A stretch of 64,000 nt of DNA. It comes from Phyllosticta citribraziliensis (lineage: Eukaryota). This document shows, piece by piece, positions 37,201 through 49,159 of the stretch. The notes under the pieces were generated by a model. That model was not told the origin of the DNA. It made no database searches and saw only the letters and a list, made by a program, of their open reading frames with translations. Positions within the stretch are counted from its first letter, which is position 1. Every line of letters starts with the position of its first letter. Position numbers and translations under genes: made by a program. The DNA is taken from NCBI RefSeq assembly GCF_038025025.1, contig NW_027117344.1:186001-250000 (forward strand), read 5' to 3'.

Positions 37201-38847
37201 GGAAGTCGAATTCCAGCTTCTACGTCTTCTTGATCCGCAGGCGCTGCCTCAGAAAAGATGGACTGGACGCGCAGGGACCCGCAGCTGCTCTCCCGCCACC
37301 CCTCCCCCTCCTCTCGTGCACCGTCTCTGCTTCGATTGTTGGTGTTCGAGTCTTCCAGCGACGATCTTCGCTGGGCTGGACGAAAAAAGCACCGACGCAT
37401 GTCATGTGTCTGCCGGCGCATGCGCGTCATCCTCCTCCCTGGTGGTACGCACGCTAGGTAGGTACGGGACGGATTCTTGCATCCGCGAGCGACCATCCTA
37501 GCTTTTTCCAGAAGCACAGCATCTCGCTTCGTTGGTCCATCCCTCCATCCATCCGAACTACTTCGGCGTTTGCATGGGGATCGACTCGGAGCTGTTGGGT
37601 GTTTGGATATCTTTTGCTCGATGACTGCGCGACTGTTGACCTCTCCGCAAAGCCAAGATTGTTACGTTGTTGCTACTTTTACCTCGTCCAATCTCTCTTT
37701 TCTATTCTTGCTCGTCTTGTTCGCATCGTTGCTCTCTAACGAGATTTGGCGTCTTGCTCCTCTCCTGTTGCTCGCTGACAGCCCGGCACTCCGACTTGGA
37801 CGCCCCGTCTCCGTACATCTCGTCCCATCCCTTTCCTTCCCCTTCCATCTTCCCAGATGCACCGCTGGACTGGAATGCACGGGTTACAGACGGTACACGC
37901 AGGTCGAGCCATCCTACGATGTCCCAGGCAAGGACCGACATCTCGTGCCGTCGCGCCCCGCCACTTTTCCTTTGTCACTTCCTCTGCTTTTCCCATTTGC
38001 CATCTCGCCTAGCCACTAAACGGAGCAACAGCTCACGAACGCGAGCACATGGTCTGGACGACGCAAGTGTGCGTGGTATCGATCCCTGCTCAAGCCCTCG
38101 TCCCCCTCCTTCCCCTAGATCCTCCACCTTCCATCTCCCATCTCCCACCTCCCCCGTCCGCAGACCACAGAGACACCACCCATAAAGAGCACTCCAGCAC
38201 CACTGCCCGCCTCCGCCCCAACCAAACAGCGTCCCAGGCATGGCGGACGCGGAATTGTGATTTGTAGCGTGAGGTAAGACTTGTCTTGCGCCGCCGGCTC
38301 GTCTACCGTTTCTTAAATGGCATTTCGAGAATCACCTCTTCGCCGCTGTTTTTCAGACGTTCGGTAGGATGGGCGCGTATAGTGTGTAGAGGTGTGGGTT
38401 GAAGAGGGCGTGTGGTGGTGTCTGTGGGGATAGTGGGTCGGTTAAGTTAGGTGGGTGTGCTCCCAGGACGTAATGAGGTGCTACGGGGGCGTCTGGGGAG
38501 CATTCATTCATTCACTCATGCGTCCGCGGCGACAGGCCGCGCTTACAGCAGTCGGGCGTCCACGACACCGGGCAAAAGGTGGCGAGCTCGTCGCATGGCC
38601 GTTGAGTCAGTGGACAGCAAACAGCTCTAGAGATGAAAATTGCTCGCGAAATAATGCAGTATGTACGATGGAAAGCGGCACGTTCTTGATGGAGGCTGAT
38701 TTATTGCTACTCTGTTTCTGGAATGCGGTGCAAGTGAAGAGTGAAGTCTAGCTCGGGAAAGCTGGTGGCGACGATGGCCACGAGGGGCTCACTGGTTGCG
38801 CTGTCTCGATCCAGATCCTGTCTCTCATACGTCCCCCCCCCCCTCCA

Positions 38848-39838
38848 TCACGGGTGGGTCGTGAGGAAGCGCTCGATAACCTTGAGGTCGGCCGTAAAAC
38901 CTGCCGGCGCGAGGTGTGGGTGGAGGTGCCAGCAGACACTGGCGACGTGTCCGCGCCGGTGGCACGCAAAGCAGCCTTTTGCCTTCTTTTCGGGGCGCGC
39001 GACCCGGCAGTCCTCCTCCGTCTTGTTGCCGGGGTCTCCGCCGTCCGGGCACGCTGCCGCTTTCTCTATTGCCTCGTCCTGCTGCTTGGCCTTATACCGC
39101 TGCTTCTTCCCCTTTTTGTCGTGGTCTCTGCATAGCTCGTCGTGCTGCGCGAGCAATGCGGCGCGCAGCTCTGGTAGGTCATGGCCGCGGGGACAAGGCG
39201 CGGCGGTGTCGGGGAACTGGAGCGCGTGGCGAGCGCGGTCGCGCAAGAAGAGGCTGCAGGTCTGGTCCTGGACCTGGAGCTGGCCGTGGGGTAGGCCACA
39301 TTCTCCGGCGCACTTTGGGGACGGACAGCGGTGCTCCTTGGGGCAACGCTTGATCCGACATGGATTTCCGGAAAGGTTGCAAGGACACATGCGTTCCAGC
39401 AAGTGTCTCATGCTGTTGTCGTCGAACTGCTCCTTGGCCTGGGCGCGCGACTCCACCACCTGCAGCTGGCCGAACTTCTGGCTCACGTCCTACAAAGAAA
39501 AGGTGAGATTCCAAAGTAAATGTAGAGGGGACTTGTCCCAAACTTACGACAGTGTCCCACGCGGTTTCGATCTGCTCTGCGCAGAACTCAGCGCAGCTCC
39601 TAACAACTTGAAGCCGCTGCTCCGACGAGAGAGGGACGCGCAATTGCCACCGGAGCTCCGAGTTGAGAGACTCCAGTTGCCTTGCCGTGGGCAGGGCGAC
39701 GTGCTCGTCCGCCGCCAAAACGGATCCTTCGAGACGCCTTCGCAGGAGATTCTTCTCTTTCTCGGCTAAGGGCAATGTCATTATTTGGCGCCAGGCCCAA
39801 TCGAGACGCGCGAGGCTATCTCCCGGTTGAGGCTCCAT
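38848..39838 (-). CDS. Orphan zinc-finger protein A: helical N-domain, CCCH-like fingers and a CCHC knuckle
   Basis: Exons 39838-39548 and 39489-38848. CPCNLSGNPCRIKRCPKEH, CPSPKCAGECGLPH, CPRGH, and CFACHRRGHVASVC-WHLHPHLAP. Confidence 0.85.
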
Positions 39839-40854
39839 TCTGTGATCTGTGAGCTCAAGGTCAGCGACGAGTCTTCTGCGCAGCGCGTGGGTGCTAGAAG
39901 AGAAATCAAACTGGAGCTGGCGGGAACTTACTCTGGTCTTTGTTGGAGGTGCTTAAGATCACAGGCTGTGGGGGAGGCAGTGATACTGGGAGTTGATGAG
40001 GTCGCAGAGTCGGTGGATGTTTTGTGAGTGCGTAGCGTCGGCGGTGGTTGGGCGGGACAAGTTGGGTGGGTGCCGTGGTGTGCTGAAGGCGGTATTTTGG
40101 CGACGGCGTGTGGCGGACGAGGTCCTCCCCGGTCCGGCGGCCGATGTACGTTCGGCTGATGAGTAAAGTGACTGACTGACTGGCAGTAGACTACTCGCGA
40201 CGCCCTGGAGCGAAGAAACTCTCTCAAAGCTCACTGCTTGATTCCAGCAATTGTTTTGAATCAAATTGACCACAATCACAAGCAGAGCAATTCATAGATC
40301 CCTTCCATATAAATAGCCGACTTTGTGAAGCGTGATGAAGACCAATAGTACTTGCAAAGAATTCCAACGGTATTCGATGAGTCTACTTTCTCTATATAGG
40401 TAGTTACTGATCAGTGACAAGCTACGATTACCTTGGCCACAGCATAGTAGGAATGTGTCGAGAGAATTGATGCTGATAGCTCCCAGCATTGCTACTGTGT
40501 CCAGGGAGCATTCATGCGCAGCTATGGGCGCGTCTTGGGAGCTGTCATCTGCTGTCACATTTTGGCGAAAATAATCCGCCGACTGTTGTGGTCAAAATAC
40601 CGCCATCAAATCACCAAACTGGCCCGTCCGCCCAACCTCCACCACCCTCCGCCCCATCGTCACCAAACATCAGCCAGCCCCGATCATCCCTCAACGACAA
40701 GACGCTTGGTGCTCAGCTTGCAGCTTGCAGCTTGCATAGAACGCCGTTTCCCGTCAACGCTGTCTCAATTGGACGTGACCGAGCTCTCGGCCAAAGGCAA
40801 GTAAACTCGCCTCAGCGGAGGACTCATTACTGACGTGAGCTCGTAGTTCAGATC

Positions 40855-41734
40855 ATGGAGCCATCCCGTGATCCCCATGCCCGTCTCAATGTTGCCTGGG
40901 ATAGAATCATGTCTCTTCCCTTGGCCACCACGGAGCAACGCCTCCTGCGCGACCGTTACGAAATTTTCATGGCAAAGGCAGACAAGCGCGAGGCTGCTCT
41001 CATGGCGCACTGCCTTGGGCTTCTGGAATATGATATCAAGCGGCAGTTGAGTGTTCCTCTACACCCTCAGCAAAGACTACAGGTCCTGAGTCACTGCGCC
41101 TCCATCTGCACGTGGCAAGTAGATGCTGCTTTCTTGTCCGAAGTAAGTCTTGAAACATGAGGTTCTGCCATTCGGATTCTGATTCCCTCTATAGGCCAAT
41201 ATGCCGCTTTTTGGGCAAGAGGATGCCGACAGGAACGAGATTGAGTTGTGGATGGAGGACGTGGAGCCAGTCCTTCCCTCGGCTCCAACCCATCCCAGGG
41301 CCGAGTCGTCGTTGCCGTCCTCTCCAGATTTCATCTGCGTCACCGTCAACGGAGAGTCGGCTTCGAAGGGCATGGAGCCAACTCGTCCCTCCATTCCTAC
41401 CCACCCAAGGCCTAAATCATCGTCGCCGTCATCCCCGGATTTCGTCTGCGTGACTATCAACGGAAGGTCGGCTCCAGATCACCACGCCCAGGGCCCACGC
41501 GACAAATCTGGAAGAAAGCCCGTGTGCTTCGAATGTGGCAAGCGGGGCCACACGCGCAGGACCTGCTTCAATCTCCACCCGCACCTCAGGAAAGCTTACT
41601 GTGGTGTTTGCTTCAAGTACGGCCACACAGCTCGCCGCTGCTGGCACCTCCACGTCAATCTCGCCCCGAGCTCTTTCGCCGTCGACACGAAGCTCGTTGC
41701 ACATTACAAGAGGAAGAGGAATCGTACGGAATAA
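40855..41734 (+). CDS. Orphan zinc-knuckle protein B, paralog of A
   Basis: Exons 40855-41142 and 41195-41734. Exon 1 aligns with A (ARLxxAWxxIMxLPLAxxExxLLRxRxE...QLxVPLxxxQRLQV) and has the same phase-0 intron. Two CX2CX4HX4C knuckles. Confidence 0.85.
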
Positions 41735-42183
41735 GAGTGAATTGGCCGGAAGGAGGTTGGATTGGAGATAAGAAGTGTGGTGGTATTGGGCAAGGGATGG
41801 GATGGGCATGCACACACATCGAGACCACACTTGTGCTGTACCCGAGAAGGAGAAGAAGTAGCAGCTTTCGGAGAGGAGTTTCAAGACCGAGTAAGCACTT
41901 CGAGATTCAGAATCAAAAGCGCTGGTTTCCTTGAGAGTTTGCTTTTCTACGATGAGTGCTACAGGGGAAACAAAGAGACTACAGGAGTGATGAGAGCAAG
42001 AGTCTGAAGTGCGGAGTAGGATGACCACCAAGTACGTGCAAACTTGCATTGATGATTGACTAGTCTACTTTATTTGCGTGGCTAGTAAGCCGATATGTCC
42101 ATCCAATGGTACTGCTCTTCCAAGATTGCTAGGACTTTTCCGCTTTAACATGCCCCAGGTGGAGCTCTGCGTGCGCTTTTGGC

Positions 42184-43677
42184 TCAGTCAACCTCCTCTT
42201 GGTCACCTCCACAGGCCTCGTCGTCCACCTCAGCGCCATCACCCATGTCATCCAATAGAGCGTCAATGAACCCTTCCATGTGCTGCTCTTTCTCTCGCTC
42301 CAGCGCGCAAATGCGGGTCACCATTTCCAAAGTAAAGGTCTGCGACTCCAACAGAGAGATTTAGTCATGGCCTAGAGGCCTCAAGGTGTATTCGAACTCC
42401 GCGGACGGCTCCGAGGCAATCAATTCCTGAATTTCGGGCCACGTCCGATTGCCCGTATTTGGATGGAGTTGGGTCTTGAAGTCGTCCTCGAGAAGCAAAT
42501 GGACGGTGTGGAACTGGAGACCAAGCTTGGCGAGATTGAGTTGAGCTGCAACGGCGTTGAGAAACTGGCCGATTGTTTCAAAGTCTCCGGGGTCGGGCTG
42601 GCATGGGACAGGGAATTCGTCGGGAAGCTCGAGATAATCATGTGCCTCCAACGAAGCTGCAAGCCTCTCGAGCAGAGTGGAGTACGCTGAGGTCTTGCTG
42701 GCACAGCGCAGCGTGTAAATTTGAGGTGGATCCCCTGGTGATTTCCGTATTACCAGGTCCTGAAGTTGGACCATGGTATTGCCAATCGAGCGCATCCAAA
42801 AAGGCACATCCGCTACGCTAATGGGCTGGCGGTTGAATGAGTGGGGCTGCATGAAAATGCGTTACCACAGGTCAGCGTTTGACGAGACATGCATCAGATG
42901 TCTCATCACCATGAAGGCCCTGTTTTAGGCTTCTAGGGACACTTCGCCCCACCGAGTGAACGGGCCCCAGCGAGGCTGACACACTTTGGTATGGTCGTGG
43001 AGGACCGGGATCGACCGACCGGTCGAATTGCGAAACTCGCCATTTGCTATAGGCTGGAAAAATTGAAACGCAAACGGATGGTACTTGTCGCCATTTTCGA
43101 TGATTGGACCAGAGCACACGACGGGGTGCCGTAAAACCGAAGCCAGAACGTGGATCTGGCGCCCGTGTGTGTCGTGCTCGTCCCAGAAGTCGAAGTCCTC
43201 GACTGACTCCCCGTTTTCGTCGAATTGCTTGCCATACTTGGCGAAGATGGCGTGAATTTCCACGGGAAACGCTTCGTCCAGAGGCTGGGTACGGTCCAAG
43301 AGCTTCAGTGCAGCCTCGATGTCGGTGTTGAGCCCGCCTTCTTTCTTCCAGACGCAGAAGGCGTCGAGGACGGGGTAAGACAGCAGAAAACGGCGAAATT
43401 TCCCCACGTCACTAGAAAGAACGTAGGCAGAGACTGCTGACTCGTTGCGGTATTGAGTGAAGCGGATGGAGAGGTCTCGGGGGTTTATTCTTGTCGGGGA
43501 GACGGCGGAAATGCTGTTGCGAGCAGCGCTCGCCTGCAGTAATGTTAGAACCGATCGAAACGCGCATTGCAGTATGAGTGGCGCATTGTTACCTTCAACA
43601 GGCTGTGGTCAGCGCTGGAATTTTCTGGTGTCGTCGCCGGAGCTGGCGGCAGGCCTGGCGGATAAAGACTCCTCCAT
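42184..43677 (-). pseudogene. Pseudogene E, paralog of orphan gene D
   Basis: Collinear with D (FRRFLLSYPVLDAF, WGPF, QLNLAK, FEY, CGG) through in-frame TAA codons at 42927-42925, 42864-42862 and 42363-42361. The first exon appears frameshifted. Confidence 0.8.
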
Positions 43678-43974
43678 GGCGCCGAATTCACCTGGACCTG
43701 CCCTGCAAGGGCGATTAGCTTGAGAAGACATTGGAGGATGTATCGGGGAGCTTGAATGCCAGTGAATGTCGCGCAGGTGGCTCCGAGGCATGATCTCACG
43801 TATCCAGGCCGTTTGACTTACTTGACAAGAGCAAAGGCTGAGCTAGTCGGCGATAGCAAGGTTTGCCGAGATCTTCCTTGAGATTTTTGATGGGAACGTT
43901 GAGGATTGCAAGCGGTGAGAGGTGTTGAGGTTGATCGATGATGGGTGGGTGGAGGTTGTGATTGCGGCAGTTCT

Positions 43975-44075
43975 GGAGGTTTGGAGTTGGCGGTAGTGGT
44001 GGTGGTGGTGGGCCAGGGGCGGTGCATGACAGCGGCTCAGGCCGCCTTTCGCCAAAAGACCTTCCTCGACTTCAC
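43975..44075 (-). promoter_or_regulatory. Conserved upstream block of E, duplicated upstream of D
   Basis: GGTGCATGACAGCGGCTCAGGCCGCCTTTCGCCAAAAGACCTT, near-identical to 46041-46083. Confidence 0.7.
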
Positions 44076-44164
44076 CCGGTCTGTTACCACAGTACCGCTT
44101 GCGAGATTGCTGAGTGATGCCTGCTTTGACGTGCTCCAGGTAGCGCTCTGGGTGCGCTTTTGAT

Positions 44165-45688
44165 TCATTCGACCTGCATATCTTGGTTACCGCCACAGAC
44201 CTTGCCGTCCACGTCACAACCAACACTCCGGGTTTCCCATATCGCGCGCACGAATTCCTCGACTCGCCTCTTGTACTCAGACCGACAAGGATCCTGGCGT
44301 ACCCGGATAAGGGACGACAATGCCAAAGGGGATGTCTGTGAATGTAATGACCCATCTACTTCCCTAGGCAAGACTTTCAACATGTACTCGAAGACGCCGT
44401 CTGAACTTTTGGCCATGCAAGCCTGTATCTCAGACCAAGTCTCCCAGAGTTGTTGTCCATAAATGTCGCTCCTACCTTGATTTCTGAGGTACAAACGCAC
44501 GGCTGAAAATGAGACGCGCATTTTGGCCAAGTTGAGCTGCATGCGCAGAGCGTCAAGAAAGTCGTCCCTCTCTTCGAAGAGTCGCGGGTCGGCCTGGCAG
44601 CGAATTATTTCATCACTCCGCGGAAGTCGCAGCCCCCTGGGCTTCAGAAAAGCTTCCTCGTGTTTTTGGAGCTGTTGTTCCATTATTGACCCGTGCTGGG
44701 AGATTCGGATCCTGTAATTGCAAGAGGGTAACTCCACAGGCACCGGCAGTGGCTGTTCAAGTGCACCGGGGCTTTTCGGGCCCAGCATCCACCAAGGAAT
44801 AGCATCCCGGGGGGTGATGCAACTGCGGAAAGGCTGATCGCACAGGAACTCGAATGCCCAAAGGCCATCGGTCTGAACGACGTGCATGAGTCTCCGCAGA
44901 ACCATGTACGCCCTGTTGTATTCCTCGAACGGCTCTTCGCCAAAAGTTTCGAACGGACCCCAAACTGGCTGGATCACGTCCGTGATTTGGTGTGTGATCG
45001 GGGTTTGCAAGCCAAGGGAATCGGCGAACTTGCTGTTGGCAATTTTCTGGAGCTTGACCTTCTCTTCATCGGGGGTACAGCTGAGAGCATCTCCCATGCA
45101 TTGGACGAGGTGTCGCAATAGCGCCGCCAAAAGCCAATCCTCGCGAATGTTCTTGCGATAGCTCCACCGACTCCTTATCGGGCAGAAGTCAAATTTATTA
45201 TCCTCCGGAATCTCGTCGTTCTGCGGCCGACGGTACTTTTTGACAATTTCCTCCATGGAGGGCGGAAAAATGTCTTCTGAGTTGGATGCGCCCCTCAACA
45301 ACTCGAAAGCATCCTCAATTCTAGTATTGAAGCCTCCGTGCTCTTTCCAAGTGCGAAAGGCGTCGAGGATGGGATACGACAGCATAAATTGACGAAAAGC
45401 AGCCTGGTCCATGAACAGCAAGTATGCAGCCACCGATGCCTCATTCTCGTATTTGTTGAATCTGTGGTCCAACCTCACCCGGTTGATGCGACCGTAGGGC
45501 ATGGTGGCATCTTCACTGCTGCAAAGGCTCAACCCTTCCGCAAAGAACATCTGCCACATGCTTTTGTGAATCTCGAAGAGGGTCAGCCTCCGTGCAAAAG
45601 TTATCATCTTGGTCGTCTACTCGCTTACTTGTGTGGTCTTTGGTTGCCCAGGAACCGTTGTGGCGTCGAATGCGACTGTCTCTTCCAT
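44165..45688 (-). CDS. Orphan protein D (about 480 aa, function unknown)
   Basis: 480-aa ORF 45607-44165 plus a likely first exon MEETVAF...KTTQ from 45688 with a GTAAGC donor. Supported by similarity to paralog E. Confidence 0.8.
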
Positions 45689-45973
45689 GTTGCTGAACAG
45701 CAAGGTATGGACTGAGCTTTTGCTGTGAGATCATAGAGTAATATTAGCTTACGAAAAAAGGAAAGTAGCAACAGTGAATCTGAGCACAAGGCTCCACAAG
45801 TGACGCTCACCAATCGAGTCGGGTTGATCTGCAGATGGTCTGGGGCTGGCGCGTGTGGTGGCGAACGAGGTGCGGTCTGCGCAAAATTTGGCGAGGAATC
45901 GTCCAAAAGATTGGATTGAATGAGGATCTGATGCGAAGGAAGAAGATGATCTGGACATGTGGTGTGTTTTGGC

Positions 45974-46097
45974 GAGGTTTGGAGTTGGCGGTGGTGGTGG
46001 TGGTGCAGTGCCGATGCGGTAGGTGGTGGGCTAGCGGACCGGTGCATGACAGCGGCTCGGGCCGCCTTTCGCCAAACGACCTTACTCGGACTTCACG
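45974..46097 (-). promoter_or_regulatory. Conserved upstream block of D
   Basis: GGTGCATGACAGCGGCTCGGGCCGCCTTTCGCCAAACGACCTT and GAGGTTTGGAGTTGGCGGT are shared with 43975-44075. Confidence 0.7.
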
Positions 46098-46664
46098 CGG
46101 TACATGATGTGAGCCGGGAGCATTCGATGGCGACCCCACAAGCGGCCATCAGGCCTGTGGCGTCGTCGGGAGATTCACACTGTCAAGGCCGGGCTCACAC
46201 TCGGCATCCGCCTTGGGCGTCAGGCCCCAATATATCCTACTTTTACTATCCACGGGCCTAACTTCCTTGACTGCCTAAGATACAAGGCCGCATCCGCAAT
46301 GGAACTTGCTTTCAAGCTGCAGGCATCTTCTGGCGGTGATTCGCCTCCGGATCACTCGCCGCGATAGCAAATTGAGGCGCAACTCACTGCCAGCCATCTC
46401 ACGCACTTCCAAACATTTGGCATTTGCTGGCCGAAGCGCAGCATGTCACGTATGTCTTCGGGAGCAGTTTGGTACATGTTCATCTGTCATTTGGTTCTAT
46501 TCTAGGCTGGTTGGGCAGGTGCCAGCGTGTTGGATTCTGATCGCGGACGGTTGACGCGATGGTTGATTGCAAATCTTGCTCCCTGAATTCCTTCGACAGA
46601 CATGAGCGGGCCCGCATGGCTCACTCCAAATCATCCATCCTAGTACCCATCTTCCGAATCCTCC

Positions 46665-47625
46665 TCACTTTCCGAGGCGACGTCTTTTCAGATCGGGCTT
46701 TCCCTGGGAGATGGCGGCGGGAGGTTGGTGGTTCTGGTGTAAGTCTTGTTGGACACTGTTGTCTTCACGCGTGTTGCGTTTGCGCGAAGCGATGCTGGTC
46801 GTAGAAGATTCATCCTGAGGGAGACGCTGTGGAAGCTCTTCCTGGCTGTTCTGCGTGGCTGTGCTGGCTGACTTCTGCAACTGACGTGACTGAATGGAGC
46901 CAGGTGTCCTAGTGGACAGGAGTGCTTGGATGGGCACTTGGGATGGTTGAAGAGGGACTTCGGGCTGTGTTGCAGGGCTCTTGAGCGGGGCTGGCGTAAC
47001 AGGGCGTCGTGCATTGATGGCTTGCTGTGCTCCAGACGATGTCTTTGTACGCCCGGCCGACTTGTTGAGGCCTTCCATGTTCTGGCTGATGGCAGGTAGC
47101 GCTGAAGATTTCTCAGTACGGCATTGTTGGACATGGTTTTCAATGCTGCGCCCTGGACGATCATGTTCGATTGCCAGGTCGAGGTACTGAGCGCTGAGCG
47201 AGTACTGGTAGGCCTTTGAAGCTTCCATGTCGGCCACTCCCTGGGTTCCTGAAGTTGTGAGGCGTTCAGGTCTGTTTGCCCCGTGGCTCATGTCGTGATG
47301 CAATGCGCTGTGACGGCGATGTATGTGGTTTCGTGCCATTTTCCAGCGTACTGAACCGCTCATCGAGACTGGAGACGATTGCGGCCTGCCAGTCCTCGAT
47401 TGCATCCAATCGCTTGTGTACTCTGGACTCAAGCGCAAGCAGACGTGCAGTCATCCGCTGTTCGAAATCCGAGATCATGGCTTGCAGAACTGTGAGGTTT
47501 GGGTCAACCTGCGGCCTGGCGCTGGATGTAAGGCTTGCGTCGCGCTGCGCTTGGGCATTGAGTGAACGCCTGGGTAGGTCGTTGTGATCAGCGGCGTCGG
47601 AACGGCCACGAGAAGCTGGCTCCAT
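46665..47625 (-). CDS. Orphan F: coiled-coil followed by a low-complexity S/Q/P tail; possibly frameshifted
   Basis: MEPASRG...LTVLQAMISDFEQRMTARLLALESRVHKRLDAIEDW ends at 47266. An overlapping frame continues to KRRRLGK at 46665 with no clear intron joining them. Confidence 0.5.
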
Positions 47626-48161
47626 GCTGCCGAAAGCGATCCGACAAGACAATTGAGAAACAAAGGCAGACAAAGCCGCGAACGAGGGGCGCAGAGGGCG
47701 AGAGAAGCTTGAGGTGGTGGTGGTGAGGGGCGGAGGTTGGAGGTGGGAGGGTGACGGGCGGGTGGTGGTGTCGCGGCACCGGAATATTTTGCGCCTGCCC
47801 GCGACAAACACCACGCCAAGCTATTTTGACTCTCGTGTGTGCGGTGTGCGCTAGATCATGGCACTGGCGGAACAATTAGCCGGCTTGTCGGCCTCAGGCT
47901 GTGAAGTGATTGCTCGCTGGGCGCCCGCTGGCGTCCGCTCCAGTAGTCTACATTTTTCTTTGCGCGTCACGGTCCCAAAAGTTCTGGGGTACGGGCTTCT
48001 ACAAATGGGAGGATTCATTGTGTTTGCCGCTTGCAAAGAGCGGAGGCAAGCTTGTCTTGTCATTGTTCTATCTAGACGCTTCTGCCGCCCCAGCCATGCC
48101 ACCAAGACCGTCACCAGTGCAAGAGAAGACGAAAGCTTCACCACTTGCTTGAGAGGTAAGC

Positions 48162-48596
48162 TTAGCGCAGAGCAGCATTCGCTCGAAACGAAGGAGGACC
48201 TAGTTCTAGATGGAGGTGCCAGCAGAACTTTGCGGGATGGCCCTGTTTCTTGCAGCAAGGACAAACGAGAAGTTCTGGATGGAGCTGCGTGCAGCCAGCC
48301 TTCGTGTGGCCTCGCATGTAGCAATGAGGGCAGTGTTCCCGAGTTGGAGGTTCAAGACCGCGCTTTTTGTACTGGTTGATCTGCGGGCAGGCCTTATCAT
48401 GCTCCAAGAGGAGCTTATAGCGGAGGCCGTTGTGGTCATGTCCTCGGGGACAATTCAAAATACCAGGAGGGAATTCTCTTGTGTGGCGTGCCTGGTCGCG
48501 AAGGAAAAAGCCGCATGTGCTGTACTTCATCTCTAATGGACCATGGCGGAGTCCGCACATCCCTTGACATCCTTTCTTCATGCAATCAATCAGCTT
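48162..48596 (-). CDS. Orphan zinc-finger protein C, paralog of A and B; 5' structure unresolved
   Basis: CQGMCGLRHG...TCGFFLRDQARH...CPRGHD aligns with A. Two knuckles: CPHCYMRGHTKAGC and CPCCKKQGHPAKFC-WHLH. Confidence 0.7.
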   Translation of the reverse strand, partial: KLIDCMKKGCQGMCGLRHGPLEMKYSTCGFFLRDQARHTREFPPGILNCPRGHDHNGLRYKLLLEHDKACPQINQYKKRGLEPPTREHCPHCYMRGHTKAGCTQLHPELLVCPCCKKQGHPAKFCWHLHLELGPPSFRANAALR

Positions 48597-49159
48597 CTAT
48601 CGAGAATATGCCGCTTTCGGATACATACTGTGTTGTTTTGCGGTCAGCCCGCGTCACTGACCAGCCGTACGATGAGTTCGGCTGGTTTCTCTCTGGTGTT
48701 GTCGATATCTGGCAGCTCCAGAGACGCATTTGAAGCCGCGGACGAGTGCTCCCTAGACGCAGTCGCAGTACCGGAGGGCGATTCTAGGGGCGCGGTACAG
48801 GGATCATTCGTCCACTTGCAACAGGCGAGTGACAGAAAGTATCAGCCTCGTGAATCTCGAGCTCTAGTGCGTGTACTGAGAAGCATTCGGGTTTCTGTAA
48901 GACAAGTAACAGGGAGGACTCATCCTCTGTTCGCAGAAACAAGTCACGATTGTACGTGTTAGCCACAACTTCTGCTACCGAACCAACCCTGCATAAGAGC
49001 AGGAAGCCGGTCTGTTTCTGTTCAATTGATACTTGATTCGATGTTTCTCTCTACCTGATCCATCCATCTGTCTAGGAGCCCTGTGTCTTCAGTCAACCCA
49101 ATAGTCCCTGCAAAATCGAAGAGAAAAGAAATCTATTTCATATAGTCGGCAAGGCCAGC

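Noticed and set aside
42361..42927. A-to-I editing rescue of the premature stops in gene E
   Set aside because: The stops are TAA (two edits needed), the aligned residues in D are not Trp, and exon 1 also looks frameshifted.
38848..48596. LTR retrotransposon or Starship-type element explaining island 2
   Set aside because: No LTRs, reverse transcriptase, integrase, transposase or tyrosine recombinase seen, and the knuckle genes carry spliceosomal introns.
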